From a virus: a stretch of DNA of 64,000 nucleotides. A model generated the notes under the pieces. The model was not told the DNA's origin, made no database searches, and worked only from the letters and a program-made list of their open reading frames with translations. Below, in pieces: positions 1 through 11,600 of this stretch (positions within the stretch are counted from its first letter, which is position 1; each line of letters starts with the position of its first letter). The stretch lies in IMG/VR virus record IMGVR_UViG_3300037419_000842; one strand, given 5' to 3'. Position numbers and translations under genes: made by a program.

Positions 1-300
1 TACTGGTGTTCCTGAGTTTGCTAGGATCATCAAAACATTGCCGTTAGGCAGAGCCAAGGTCATAACATCGGTACTACTGTTAACTAAGCCAGATGTGCCC
101 GCAGACTTGGTTTGGAATCCGTCAATGCCGTATACGGTATCTGCGGCAAGATCGCCTATATACTCCGATCCGTACAAACCCACTACGTTACCGGGAGTAC
201 AAGAGTATACAGGGTGAGGCTGATATACCCTTGAAACGTCTTGCGTATTTCCTCCCCCGCCGCCTTCCTCTGCCGCAATTAATGTAAAAATGTCACTCAT
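1..300 (-). CDS. Tail-associated protein, truncated by the window edge (MSDIFTLIAAEEGGGGGNTQDVSRVY...)
   Basis: Not in the ORF track. ATG at 300 preceded by the RBS AGGAGG; frame open to position 1; directly downstream of the tail fibre gene. Confidence 0.7.
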   Translation of the reverse strand, partial: MSDIFTLIAAEEGGGGGNTQDVSRVYQPHPVYSCTPGNVVGLYGSEYIGDLAADTVYGIDGFQTKSAGTSGLVNSSTDVMTLALPNGNVLMILANSGTPV

Positions 301-312
301 ATATTATCCTCC

Positions 313-3300
313 TTATGATACTGTTTTTGTGATGCTAGTTACTTTGCTTGTAGTCGCATCACGATTTACCGTATATGTGACTGTTGACCCGCCAGCTACT
401 TGTGTAAAGCTCGAAATAAGTCCCGTCGTCGCGTCGCGGGTAATTGTAGATGTGACAATCGTAGTGCCGCCATCCTTCTCCGTAACTGAACTAATCTTGC
501 CTGTTGTCGCGTCGCGGGTAATGTTGATTGATCGCGTATCAGTTTCAAGAACCGCGCCAATTTGCTTGATTACGGATGTATTATCTGCCCCAAGTCCAGC
601 AGTTTTAAGCAAATACTGAGTGTGCGGATCGCCTGTAGAATTGTGATTGCCAGAGTGAAGGATTTGGCTGAAGTTCGTGCCGCCATTCTCACTGATCCTC
701 CACTGATTCAATGTATAATCCCAATAGAGCAAACCTTTATTCACCGTGTTGTCTTGCGTTTGAATTCCAGCAAAGATTCCAGAGCCACCACTTGCACGAT
801 TCATTATAAAACGCGGGGAGTCCATCGTGAGGGTTGTTGATCCCGTCATCGTGCCGCCAGTTTTAAGCAGATATTGACTATGTGGATCACCAGTGGAGTT
901 ATGATTTCCTGCATGATGGACAATATTTCCGAGATATGTTAATCCATCATTAGCCGTTCCTGCCGCTACAGCCAGTGACCAACGGGCATTAGTGTTGTCA
1001 TAGACACCCCATCTCCCAGTTGACGGCTGAGCACCAATGAACCATAATCCTGTTCCAGCACTATTCTCAATCCGCTGTCCGAGGATGGCAGTATCTGTAT
1101 CCACAAGTGGTCGGAAGAAGAACGATGCGGCGCTCTTTGTGATTCGTAAATCACCAGTCATTGTGCCACCAGTCTTCAACAAGTACTGCGTATGAGGATC
1201 GCCCGTTGAGTTATGGTTTCCTGTGTGGTGGAGTTTGTAGCCTGAACCCGCTTGGTAGTAGTACAAGTCATTTGCTCCGCCAGCAAGTACTTGAAGATAG
1301 TTAGTAGTGGTCTTAACCGCACTTGCGTCCGTTGCGTAGAAGTAAATAGGACGGGAAGAACTGTTCGCACCGTCGTTGAAGGAATTCATAATGATTCGAG
1401 AGTCCATTGTCAGATCGCCCGTCATACCCGTCCCAGTCTTGAGCATATATTGAGTGTGCGGATCGCCTGTACTATTATGATTTCCTGCATGATGAACGAT
1501 GTTTCCTAAGTATTTCAAGCCACTGGTTGGGGAATTTGCATCTATCACCAATGCAAATCTATTGTTCACAGTATCGAATACACCCCACAAACCAGAAGAA
1601 GGTTGATGACCAACATTCCATATCGCAGTCCCAGCCGTATTCTCATATTGATTACCCTGAATAGATGCGTTTGTATCCACATCTGGTCTGGTAATGAACT
1701 TTGCACTGCCCTTCGTGATTCGTAGATCACCAGTCATCGTGCCTCCAGATTTGAGCAATAATGTAGAAGTGGCTGTTTGCACGAATGCTGTAGTAGCAAT
1801 TTGAGTTGTATTTGTTCCTCCAGTAGCAGTTGGCGCTGTAGGTGTTCCTGTAAAAGCAGGAGAAATCAACAAATTAACAACATCATCTATTGTTCCAGAT
1901 GAGTTTCTCTTTACAATTTGATTAGCACCAGTCCCTACATTTAATGCAATTGTTGGATTTTGAACAGTTCCACCAACAATAACATCAGAACTACCAGCAG
2001 TTACAGAAACTACAGTTCCTGCACCATCATTACCTTTTAAAGCAACCAGATTCCAGAATTGAGTATTAGTTGGTAGATTGCCAAGAGTTTGAACAGTACA
2101 AATATATGATGATCCTTGATAACTAACAACATCTCTAACATTATATGTTATAGAGCCGCTATAACTCCCTTGCCATGTAAAGCTTGTTCCAGTTGAACCT
2201 TGAATTCCTTGAATTCCTTGATCACCTTTATCTCCCTTGTCACCTTTTGAAACTATTAACTTCCAATATGTAGTATTGGTTGGATCAATATTGGTGCATG
2301 CCAAAATATTCATATAGCCTGAACCTTGATATTGAACTACGTTATTGGGAACGTATGCAGTAGCTGAGTTGTAATCACCTTTATTAACTAAGCCATCTGC
2401 TTTAGTTTGTGCATTGGTTGCCGCAGTATTTGCCGCATCTCTTGCAGTGTTAGCCTGCGTAGCCGCAGTATTTGCCGCATCTCTAGCTGTATTTGCTTGA
2501 GTCGTAGCAGTGTTTGCATTTGAAGTAGCAGTATCAGCATTTGTTTTGGCAGTATTAGCCGCAGTTGCCGCAGTATTAGCTGAATCTCTTGCAGTGTTTG
2601 CCTGAGTTGTGGCTGTATTGGCATTAGTTGTAGCAGTTACAGCATTGTCAACAACAGTTTGAACACTAATTATTTTAGTCCAATATGTAGTATTAGTTAA
2701 TGGTTGATTTGTATTTGCATCTTTAATTGAAATATACATATTATAATTACTTGCATCTGTTACAAAATCACCAGTTATATATGTTGTTGCAGTAGAATAT
2801 GTTCCTTGCCATGACATGTACCCAAGTCGTTTCCAATTCGTTGTATTTGTTGGAATAACATTTGTAGATGATACTATATTAATATAGGCAACGCCATTAT
2901 AAAAAACAATATTCTTAGGTATGTAAGCGGTTGCAGAACTGTAAATACCTTTGTAAGAAAATGCATCTCCAGAAGACTTAGCATAATCACCCTGAGTTTT
3001 AGCATAGTCTCCCTGTGTTTGAGCGTAAGTTGCTTTAGTATTGGCATTTGTTGCCGCTGTATTAGCACTATCAGTAGCCGCATTTGCATCATTTATAGTT
3101 TCACCCAATAAGTCCAGAGCCTGAATTGCCTCATTCCCACTGTCAATAATATCCTGAAGAGATGTAATTACATCTGGATTATCAGTATGGGAGTAAATTC
3201 TTTCTGCTGGATACAAAATCATTCCCTTTCCTTTGTATGTAAAAGTTAAAGTTTTTCCATTTTCAGAAGGATTGAATGTCACTTGTCCTGTTTGATAATT

Positions 3301-3519
3301 CACAATAAATTGAGTAGATGTTGGTACTCCATTATATATTTCAGTATATCCAGAAACTTGAACATGATTGAATTCATCTGGAATTTCCTTCAATGGTGAT
3401 ATATTATTAATAACTATCCTAGACTCTGTAATTGAAACATATGGATCGTCAATAGTATTCTTTCTCCATATGATGATTACAGGATCATTATATTGTGGAT
3501 ACTCTCTTGTGATAGGCAT
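313..3519 (-). CDS. Tail fibre / receptor-binding protein (1068 aa)
   Basis: Ala/Thr/Asn-rich coiled repeats (TNANTATTQANTARD), collagen-like GDKGDKGDQGIQGIQG, four Y.G.YS.ATAY modules, four C-terminal HNSTGDPH(T/S)QY modules; lies in the tail operon. Confidence 0.8.
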   Translation of the reverse strand: MPITREYPQYNDPVIIIWRKNTIDDPYVSITESRIVINNISPLKEIPDEFNHVQVSGYTEIYNGVPTSTQFIVNYQTGQVTFNPSENGKTLTFTYKGKGMILYPAERIYSHTDNPDVITSLQDIIDSGNEAIQALDLLGETINDANAATDSANTAATNANTKATYAQTQGDYAKTQGDYAKSSGDAFSYKGIYSSATAYIPKNIVFYNGVAYINIVSSTNVIPTNTTNWKRLGYMSWQGTYSTATTYITGDFVTDASNYNMYISIKDANTNQPLTNTTYWTKIISVQTVVDNAVTATTNANTATTQANTARDSANTAATAANTAKTNADTATSNANTATTQANTARDAANTAATQANTARDAANTAATNAQTKADGLVNKGDYNSATAYVPNNVVQYQGSGYMNILACTNIDPTNTTYWKLIVSKGDKGDKGDQGIQGIQGSTGTSFTWQGSYSGSITYNVRDVVSYQGSSYICTVQTLGNLPTNTQFWNLVALKGNDGAGTVVSVTAGSSDVIVGGTVQNPTIALNVGTGANQIVKRNSSGTIDDVVNLLISPAFTGTPTAPTATGGTNTTQIATTAFVQTATSTLLLKSGGTMTGDLRITKGSAKFITRPDVDTNASIQGNQYENTAGTAIWNVGHQPSSGLWGVFDTVNNRFALVIDANSPTSGLKYLGNIVHHAGNHNSTGDPHTQYMLKTGTGMTGDLTMDSRIIMNSFNDGANSSSRPIYFYATDASAVKTTTNYLQVLAGGANDLYYYQAGSGYKLHHTGNHNSTGDPHTQYLLKTGGTMTGDLRITKSAASFFFRPLVDTDTAILGQRIENSAGTGLWFIGAQPSTGRWGVYDNTNARWSLAVAAGTANDGLTYLGNIVHHAGNHNSTGDPHSQYLLKTGGTMTGSTTLTMDSPRFIMNRASGGSGIFAGIQTQDNTVNKGLLYWDYTLNQWRISENGGTNFSQILHSGNHNSTGDPHTQYLLKTAGLGADNTSVIKQIGAVLETDTRSINITRDATTGKISSVTEKDGGTTIVTSTITRDATTGLISSFTQVAGGSTVTYTVNRDATTSKVTSITKTVS
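601..1494 (-). repeat. Four dispersed copies of the module HH(A/T)GNHNSTGDPH(T/S)QY(L/M)LKT in the fibre C-terminus
   Basis: Copies at about 601-660, 844-918, 1141-1230 and 1411-1494, spaced about 260-310 nt. Confidence 0.85.
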
Positions 3520-3544
3520 TTTACTACCTCCTTTTATAATAAGT

Positions 3545-3573
3545 ATTATAACATTTTATGCATTTTTTGTCAA
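3545..3573 (-). promoter_or_regulatory. sigmaA-type promoter upstream of the tail fibre gene
   Basis: TTGACA-17 nt-TATAAT with TG extension on the minus strand. Confidence 0.7.
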
Positions 3574-3614
3574 ATTACTATTTTATCTTGCTTTAATTGA
3601 CCTCTTATATTTTT

Positions 3615-4457
3615 TTAAGGTATTGAATTTAAACAAGCATTTAGCCTATTAATTGCAAAGGCGGTTATTGTTTGTCCTGAACTAACAAAAGAAACCTGTC
3701 CTCCCGGCGGATTCATTTCGTTAATTGCGCCAGCAACTTGATTATATAAAAATGCTGATATAGTCGTCCCACTAGAAACTGTATTCATTGTAGTTGTGTT
3801 TAAAAGTTTATATAATCTGAATTGATTTACCCTATTGACAAGAGAATTCCAATCACTTGCCAAAACAACTATCGTGTTTCCTGACACTTTGTTCCCACCT
3901 GTCCATGAAAAATTATTTGGTCTTGGTGGAGAAACAATTACATCAGCGGAAGACGTACCTGAACCAGCAGTTACACCATTAAATGGTGTAACACCTAAAC
4001 TATATGATCCAGCGGACATATTGGTGAAGCCAATACTTGTGCTGGAGGTACTGCCACTACTTATTGTTCCTCCATTTTTTCTCAACGTCCATGAATAGGA
4101 TGTTACAGGAGATGATGCATTCCAACTGAACGATAATGTTGCTGGCTCAGTACCAGATGATGAGCCAACTACTGAAGTTACTGGACTAGGGGCTGGTGGA
4201 GCAGTTGTTGACGCTGTTATTGTGTTGGAACCAAGATCAGTCGCTCCATTATAAAAATGAACAGTCAATGAATAAGTTTGTGATGAATTCAGTCCAGTAT
4301 AAGTATATGAAAATGAATGTGTTGTATTTGTTCCATCTAAGCTTCTACTACCATTAAATGCTCCGTCAGCATAGAATTTTGCACTATCTGCAACTCCAGT
4401 GTATGAAGCATTTACCGTTATTGTTGATTCTGTTGCGCTACTAAATGATAATGACAT
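3615..4457 (-). CDS. Tail-associated beta-sandwich (FN3/Ig-like) protein, 280 aa
   Basis: Ser/Thr/Gly-rich, FN3-like W/Y pattern; C-terminal DWNSLVNRVN motif typical of phage tail accessory proteins; in the tail operon. Confidence 0.55.
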   Translation of the reverse strand: MSLSFSSATESTITVNASYTGVADSAKFYADGAFNGSRSLDGTNTTHSFSYTYTGLNSSQTYSLTVHFYNGATDLGSNTITASTTAPPAPSPVTSVVGSSSGTEPATLSFSWNASSPVTSYSWTLRKNGGTISSGSTSSTSIGFTNMSAGSYSLGVTPFNGVTAGSGTSSADVIVSPPRPNNFSWTGGNKVSGNTIVVLASDWNSLVNRVNQFRLYKLLNTTTMNTVSSGTTISAFLYNQVAGAINEMNPPGGQVSFVSSGQTITAFAINRLNACLNSIP

Positions 4458-4523
4458 TTTTCATAACACCTCCTTATATTCAGTGGAATACTCTTTTAAG
4501 AATATTCCACTATCTATTTTTTA

Positions 4524-7500
4524 TTATCCAAATACGGCATGAATTCCAGCTACAGTTGCACTGCTGAAATCAACTAATCCATAAAAATTCGTTCTGTAAA
4601 CTGCTGTATTCGAATTTCCAATGTTAACATTTCCATCCCAAATATAAGTGTTTTCTGCTGATATTTTTATTTCTGCACTATTTAAGCTTTGAATAATAGC
4701 ACCACTATTAAATGTAATAGTTTTTCTTGTAAGACCTGTCCCAAGCGTTATATTGTCACCAACAAACAAATCAGAAGTAACATTAATGTTACCACCATTA
4801 ATTTGAGCACCAGTGATAGTTGTACCATTTATAGTACCAGCCGAAATAGCTGGACTTTCAATAGTTGTTGAGGTGATTTTTGTAGAAGTAATGTAAGATG
4901 GATTAGTCCAGCTAGATACTGGTGCTCCAGTTACATTAGTCCAAGCAATTGTTGCACTTGGCCCCATAACTACGTTTGTCCCCACCGTCAATGTCTCAAT
5001 CATTGCTGTTGTAATCTTTGCTGTAGAAACATCAAGTTTAGAAACACTCAATTTATCAATCATTGTTCCGCTAATAAAATTCCCAGCAATAACTTCAACG
5101 CCGTTGATTTTGATTGATTTAGCATTCAACTGACCATCAAGAATAAGGTTTCCACTAGTTGAATCATAGTAGAATTTATCAGTCCATGTTCCGCCTCCAG
5201 CGCTCTTTTGAAAAGATAATCCTTTAGTTGCATTAAGTATAACTCTTGCTATTCCATCAGTTCTAGTAATTGTAATGCCATTTGTAGCATCTATTACTAC
5301 CCCATTAGCCAGAGTCGTTGTCAGACCTCCGCCTGTGATTGTCAGTTTGGAACCATTTAATGTTACACCATTGGCATCAACAGTAAATGTTTTAACTCCA
5401 CTTGAATCACTAGCATCAATAAGCAAATTAACACCAGCAAGGAGCTTACCGAAAATTCTTTCACCAACAATGCCATCTTTAGTAATAGCGTGTTTCCATG
5501 TATTACCATTGTCATTGGTGATTGCCATAACACCATTCTGAATAACAAGATAAGATAATGGGTCTGTAGAATTCTTAACAAGAATTCCTCTTTCGCTAAT
5601 CTCAACAGAATTATTGACTCCTGCGACGATTGACCTACCAATGGCATCCCATTGTCCATTAATAATTTGATTGATTGATGAAGCCGTTGACACGGCATTG
5701 TCCCACTGACGCTTGCTCAAATCTACTGTTGTAGTAGTTCCTGTTGAATTATAAACAGCTTTAATAAGCTTATCGTTATCTGACATGACATCTTGTGTAT
5801 TTGCAATAGTAAGAGTAATATCGTCATTCTCTTCGCTGATCTCAAACCCAATTATCTTAGCTGTGGCATTAATTCCAAGTTGATCATATTTAATTGTAAT
5901 CGTATCTCCAAGATTAAGTTTATCCCAATCTCTTTGGGCCTCAACTATCTTCAAAAAATTGACCAAACTAATTTCTATAATAATTTGTGGTTGTTTTAAT
6001 TTTTCGAAATATTTAATTGCATCATCATAAAGTTCTTGTTCATAGATATAATTCTGATCTACCCATTCTTTTTTAATAATGTAGTCTTTAAGTTCTTCTT
6101 GAAGAGTTGGATTAATAAAATTTGATGAATCAACACTTGCTCTCAAGTCCTCAATTTGTGTATCTACTGAGGTAATTTGTGCATTAACTCCATCGATCTC
6201 TGTTTGCTTATTCGTAATTTCAGTATTTTTCTGATTTAACTTGGCAACAAGAGAAGTCCCTGTTGTTATTTGAATCATATTAACAAGAGATGCATCTGAA
6301 AGAGGGTCAATAAAACTTGTTTCATTTTTTATTTTAACTTGGATTTTAGACACTACAGAGTATGTATAGTTAGCTTTAAAATTGACAACTATATCAGTTC
6401 CAGCAGGAGTATTTAGGCTTCCATTATAACTTCCAGTAGACCACTTGGTTTTATCGTTAGAAAATACCTCTATACCATTAACTTTGATAGAACTAAGAAA
6501 ATCAGTTGCAGGATAGTCTGCAAATTTCAGATTATCAATAACTAGTGTAGCGCTATTGATTTTAAGTGAATTTGATGTTCCAAATGTAATTGGCAATGAA
6601 AAACTATAAAACTGTTCTTCAATTGTCGTTGGCTGAGTTGTGTCATGACCAGCAGAATTTTCTATATCAATATTGTTTCTAATAACCGCTAACTGTTCTT
6701 GAAGTGTTGCCATATCGTTTTCTTTTTGTGTTAAAGTAGTTTGATATGCCGTTTCTTGATCAAGCAAATCTCCAAAAGCTCCTACTTTGCCAGCTAAAAA
6801 TTCATTGTAATCAAGAATGGCATTGCATAATGCATCACTCATGTAATAACTACTTTGAATTACATTTTTACTAGCATCTCTTTGAAATGGATACATGAAT
6901 GTAGAGAAATCATCAATGTAATTTGTACCAGTTGGATTAATTCTTTGAATAGATAATCCATCTGCACCTTCAACAAAAAGCCTTGTAGCCATCTCATCAC
7001 TATTACTATCCCTACTTACAGATTGAAGATATTTTCCATGACTCATTGTAAGACCCATATTAATTCCATAGTCTTCTTGTTTAACAAAGCTAATCTCTCT
7101 ATTTATTGTATCCCATTTAATTATAGCTTGAAACGTTTCTGCTATCTGCATAACTGCATCAAGAACAGTTGTAGATGTGAAATCAAAACTTCTAAATTTT
7201 GTATCAAAATCTGCATCAACATATCCAACTGACCATTTTGTTTCATCAAGAATACCAGTGATTTGCCTTGACGTTCCAACAGAGTCAGTGACTGTTCCGC
7301 CCATTAGAACTGATGTCAAATTTAATCCATCTTCTTGAAATGTTCTAATAAGATTATCATTCATTTCATAAGGCAATAGATATGCTTTAACTTGTTTATA
7401 CTCAGAGTCTTCTTCTCCACTTTCTACAACACTCCTAATAGTATACCATTCTTCTTGTGTTCCAATTTTAACCTTTAGCAAATATCTATTTCTTACAAGC

Positions 7501-7703
7501 GAGACATTAGGATTGTCAATTAAGGTATGATTGAAATCTAGACTATAAGGAACATTGAAAGTTAGCTCATTAATATTTCCCATCAATACTGACACATTTT
7601 TATTATAGGATTCATTTAATTTTGCAATTGTAACTCTATCTGGTTTAGCAAGAAATATTTCTATTTCTCTTGGTTTTAAATTTAAATTGATATCTCCTAT
7701 CAT
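4524..7703 (-). CDS. Tail spike/Tal-type baseplate protein (prophage tail endopeptidase family, YomG-like)
   Basis: Follows Dit; N-terminal NELTFNVPY/LLKVK, central coiled coil, WKHAITKDGIVGERIFGKL motif. Confidence 0.7.
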   Translation of the reverse strand: MIGDINLNLKPREIEIFLAKPDRVTIAKLNESYNKNVSVLMGNINELTFNVPYSLDFNHTLIDNPNVSLVRNRYLLKVKIGTQEEWYTIRSVVESGEEDSEYKQVKAYLLPYEMNDNLIRTFQEDGLNLTSVLMGGTVTDSVGTSRQITGILDETKWSVGYVDADFDTKFRSFDFTSTTVLDAVMQIAETFQAIIKWDTINREISFVKQEDYGINMGLTMSHGKYLQSVSRDSNSDEMATRLFVEGADGLSIQRINPTGTNYIDDFSTFMYPFQRDASKNVIQSSYYMSDALCNAILDYNEFLAGKVGAFGDLLDQETAYQTTLTQKENDMATLQEQLAVIRNNIDIENSAGHDTTQPTTIEEQFYSFSLPITFGTSNSLKINSATLVIDNLKFADYPATDFLSSIKVNGIEVFSNDKTKWSTGSYNGSLNTPAGTDIVVNFKANYTYSVVSKIQVKIKNETSFIDPLSDASLVNMIQITTGTSLVAKLNQKNTEITNKQTEIDGVNAQITSVDTQIEDLRASVDSSNFINPTLQEELKDYIIKKEWVDQNYIYEQELYDDAIKYFEKLKQPQIIIEISLVNFLKIVEAQRDWDKLNLGDTITIKYDQLGINATAKIIGFEISEENDDITLTIANTQDVMSDNDKLIKAVYNSTGTTTTVDLSKRQWDNAVSTASSINQIINGQWDAIGRSIVAGVNNSVEISERGILVKNSTDPLSYLVIQNGVMAITNDNGNTWKHAITKDGIVGERIFGKLLAGVNLLIDASDSSGVKTFTVDANGVTLNGSKLTITGGGLTTTLANGVVIDATNGITITRTDGIARVILNATKGLSFQKSAGGGTWTDKFYYDSTSGNLILDGQLNAKSIKINGVEVIAGNFISGTMIDKLSVSKLDVSTAKITTAMIETLTVGTNVVMGPSATIAWTNVTGAPVSSWTNPSYITSTKITSTTIESPAISAGTINGTTITGAQINGGNINVTSDLFVGDNITLGTGLTRKTITFNSGAIIQSLNSAEIKISAENTYIWDGNVNIGNSNTAVYRTNFYGLVDFSSATVAGIHAVFG

Positions 7704-7715
7704 ATTAATCCTCCT

Positions 7716-8498
7716 TTATCCCTGAATTGTTTTAAAATAAAACCTAAAGTCAAGTTTGACATTTCCATATACAACAAGATTATTTGTTCCTCTAACAATA
7801 TCAAGATAGTTATTGTTAAAATTATCATATCTATATGTATTAGACAAACTACTTTCAATATGTTGTGCATCGTTATCAACATAAACAATCTCATTATTCA
7901 GTAGTCCTGTAAACTTAAATTCAATTCCACCATTAGTATTGTTGACAATTCTTACGTCTCCATTCCCAATTTTAGTAATCCAAATTTCAGGATTGCAAAT
8001 TACATCTCCATTATTCACGATTTGAATAGCACTTCCGCCAACAGGATTGGTTGAGAGGTCATATGAATCAGTATATATTGGAGAATAACTATATGGGCTG
8101 TCACATCTCATTGTTATTTTGATATACCCTTCATTTGTACCAGTATGAATAAGCTCTGGACTGTCAACAGCTATACAATAAAAAATTCTATTTTCATTTT
8201 CTTCGAAATACATTGGCTGAAAATAAGTCTGTCCACAAAGCCATCTTGCAACGCTTCTTATTTTTTCTTCATCCCACGCTTCTGAAAAAGCAAGTTCTAA
8301 GTCAAATTCTAAAGGTTCATATTCCAGACCTTGAAAATATGGTTTATTTCTGCCTTTTATAATGATTTCATTCACCTTTCTTTGAGATGCAAATGGTTCA
8401 CTCATCATTCCAGAAGATGAACTAACTGAAACATTCATTATGCCATAATCATATGAATACTCACCAGCATAAGAAAACCATAAAGACTCTTTAATCAT
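7716..8498 (-). CDS. Distal tail protein (Dit)
   Basis: 260 aa directly after the tape measure; YEPLEFDLEL, TMRCDSPY and GTNNL motifs. Confidence 0.75.
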   Translation of the reverse strand: MIKESLWFSYAGEYSYDYGIMNVSVSSSSGMMSEPFASQRKVNEIIIKGRNKPYFQGLEYEPLEFDLELAFSEAWDEEKIRSVARWLCGQTYFQPMYFEENENRIFYCIAVDSPELIHTGTNEGYIKITMRCDSPYSYSPIYTDSYDLSTNPVGGSAIQIVNNGDVICNPEIWITKIGNGDVRIVNNTNGGIEFKFTGLLNNEIVYVDNDAQHIESSLSNTYRYDNFNNNYLDIVRGTNNLVVYGNVKLDFRFYFKTIQG

Positions 8499-8576
8499 AT
8501 TTTAACACCTACCTTTATAAATAAATACAGAAAAGGCAGTGTTGGAGTACACTGCCTTAAAGTTTATCTTCTTTAT

Positions 8577-8605
8577 ATTATAACATTTTATGTTATATTT
8601 GTCAA
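8577..8605 (-). promoter_or_regulatory. sigmaA-type promoter upstream of Dit
   Basis: TTGACA-17-TATAAT on the minus strand. Confidence 0.65.
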
Positions 8606-8606
8606 G

Positions 8607-11600
8607 TTAGATTTTGCCTCCAAGTTTTTTAACTCCATTTACAATTTCTGATGTGACAGCTTTCCCAGCATTCTTATCTCCAACAACTTTTTCAATGTTT
8701 ACGTCAATGTTATAAATAATATCTCCATTACCACTAGTGACGACAGGTCTTTGCAATGATTTTGCGAAACTCTTCATATTAGGAATAAAGTTATTTACAA
8801 TGTTATCTGCTGGAGAGAACAGTTCTCCTTCAAGAGCTTTAACAACTTGTTCGTTAGGTTTCGTATTCATAAGCTTATCTACTAGAGATGTTGTTCTGTT
8901 TACCGCCCCTCCAGAGCCAACAACTCCACCTTCATGGAATAGTTTTGTCTTCTTGGAACTGTCAGTATACCAAGCGCCACTTCCAGCGTCGTAGTACCAA
9001 CCATTAGCTTTTCCAATTGCCTGATTTGCCGCCGCAAGTTGACTTTGTTTAGCCTTGTCTGTTGTATTTTTCCATGCCTCTGCGTTCTTTTTCATTTGTT
9101 CTAAATCATTCATAGTTTTTACAGCAGTTGGATTGATAACCTCCATTTCCTTCTTCAAGTCAGCGAACTTATCAATCAAATTTGTTTGCAAATAACCAGC
9201 AATAGTCTCAGAATGATCTTTCATGAATGATTCAAATCCAGAAAACATTAGTTGGACGTTTTCAAAATGTCCAGACATTATTTGCTCTCTTACTGTATTC
9301 CATTTACGATCATCATTAATAATATTATCATAATACTTTGTTTGGGCTTCTTTTTCATCGTTAAGTTCCTGAATTGCAATATCATACTTTCTTTTTTCTG
9401 TTTTTCCCTTAATTGTAATCTCATATTCAGCATTATCTTTAAGATTTTGAATTCTCTCTTTTTCTGCGTCCAGTTGATCATCCAATGATTGCTGTTGAAG
9501 TTCAATAGAGTGGTCATATTGCATATTTTGAATGTCAAGATCAGCATCTGCGAGTTGCTTTTTAAGTTCTGCTAGTTTCTTTTGTCCTGCCGCTGTTTTG
9601 TCAAGTTCTGCAACGTTAATAGCATTTTGCAAGTCTTGTCTGTTTGTTTGAGCTTTCTCTAAGTCTTGGTTATATTTTCTAGCATCTTGATCAGCTTGCA
9701 AACTTGCTTTCTTTTGATTTACAAGTTTTTCGTAAGCATCTGATTGTTTGTCAAGAGATTCCATTTGAGCATCATGAAGCTTATTAATAGCGTCAATTTG
9801 AGCATCAATTCCATCAAGAACAATTTGCTTCTGTTGTTCGTAAGCATCTTTCAGCGCTTGAACAACATCGTCAGCTACTTGTTTAACCTGATCTTTTAAT
9901 GCATCATTTACACTAGCAATGCTTCCAGCCAATTCCCACCATTGATTACTCAATCCTTTAAGCTGATCTTCTAAGTCTTTTCTATCCTTGTCTTTGAGTT
10001 TGGTGTTCTTTAGCTGTTTTCTAACTTCTTCAGCTTCGTCATGGACAGCCTTTTGCATCTTCTTATAGATGTCAATTTGACTAATCAAGGCTTCTCTATA
10101 TTGTCTGGAGTCTTCAGGATATGTTGACATCTTATTTTGGATAAGAGCAAGAGAACCTTGAAGTTCTGTTAGCCTTGTATTGTACTGTTCAATCGAACTG
10201 CTTGACAATTCAAGTCCTTTAGAATTGATCTCACCTTGCGTATCAAGCCAACTTGAACCAAGACCATCGATTGTGTCACTAAGTTCTGCTATTTTTTGAG
10301 ACAATGTGTTGTATTTGTCTTTTCCTTCGTCGGATAGTTTATTGAAGCTTCCCATAGCACTAAGCTGTTTTTGATACCCATCTCTTAAGCCTCTAAGTCT
10401 ATCAGCTTCAGTATGCATCAAGTCTTGTCTATCGTGCAACAAACCAATTTCTTTAGTAAGTGCATTTCTATATTTTTGAGAGGTAGGAACATATCCTGCT
10501 AGAGCGGCCTCTGAAGACTGAATTTGTTTATCGATATTAGCGAGATTTCTATTATATTGTTCAGCAAGTTTATCAAATGCTTCAATATCTTTTTTTGTCT
10601 TATCTTTTTTATCCTTTTTAGGCTTAGTAGTATCAACTCCAACACTGCCAAGAGATTTTTGAAGAACTGTTGCACTCTGAGAAAGTTCGCCAATTTGATC
10701 AATGAATCCATCTAAATTAGCCGCTTCACCTGTGACTTGTTGTACATAGTCTGCTCCAAGCGAAGAATAGGTTGACAACTGTTTGGCAGTTTGTTCAGAA
10801 ACTTTGTTCTTAGCCGCTTCAGCATCTGCCACTGTTTGAATAGCGTGAATTTGAATACCATACATATTAAGCATCGCTACAAGGGTTTGGTTTGAATTAA
10901 TTAAATCTTCTTTTCTTGCTCTCGCTATTTTGTCAAATGCGTCAAGTTCTGCATCTCTTTTATCTTTAACGGCTTCTACGTTAATTTTAATTTGACCATG
11001 TTCGATTTTAAACATATCAACAAGTGATGCATCTTTTGCAATCAAGTCTGCCGCCGCTTGAGCGCTTACAGTCTTATTGTTAGCGTAATCATGAAGAAGT
11101 CCGTTCAAATCACTAAGAGAATCTGCGCTATCTTTGTAACTTGATATAAGTTCATCTGTTATTGTTTTAAAGTCTTTAAAGTTATGAGAGGCTTCAGTTG
11201 CGGTTCCGCCAAGTCCAAGCAAAGAATTTGCAAAAGAGTCTACATCTTCTACTCCAAGATCATGTGCAAGAGTTTTGATTCCAGCAAGCGCCGTCTGAAT
11301 AACTGCACCATTTCTTGAAAAAGAATCGTCAGCCATTTCTTTTTTAAATGTTTGAATTTGTTCAATTAGACTTGATATTCTAGCCATACCAGCATTAGCT
11401 GTGGCTTCAGTTGAATAATCAATTTTGTCTACCATTCCTTTTACAGTTTTAAGCAACGCATCTCCAAGTTGTGTGTCAGAGCTTTTGTCAAGATCATCTA
11501 CAAGTTGTTTGAATCTATCTTTTACGGAGTTGATTGAATCAGCAAGAGAAGATTGATCTACAATTACTTGAACCTTGTACTGAGCAATTCTTTCTGGATC

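Noticed and set aside
601-1494. Diversity-generating retroelement (template/variable repeats) in the tail fibre
   Set aside because: The repeats differ at synonymous positions rather than specifically at adenines, lie in-frame as linkers, and no reverse transcriptase is present in the window.
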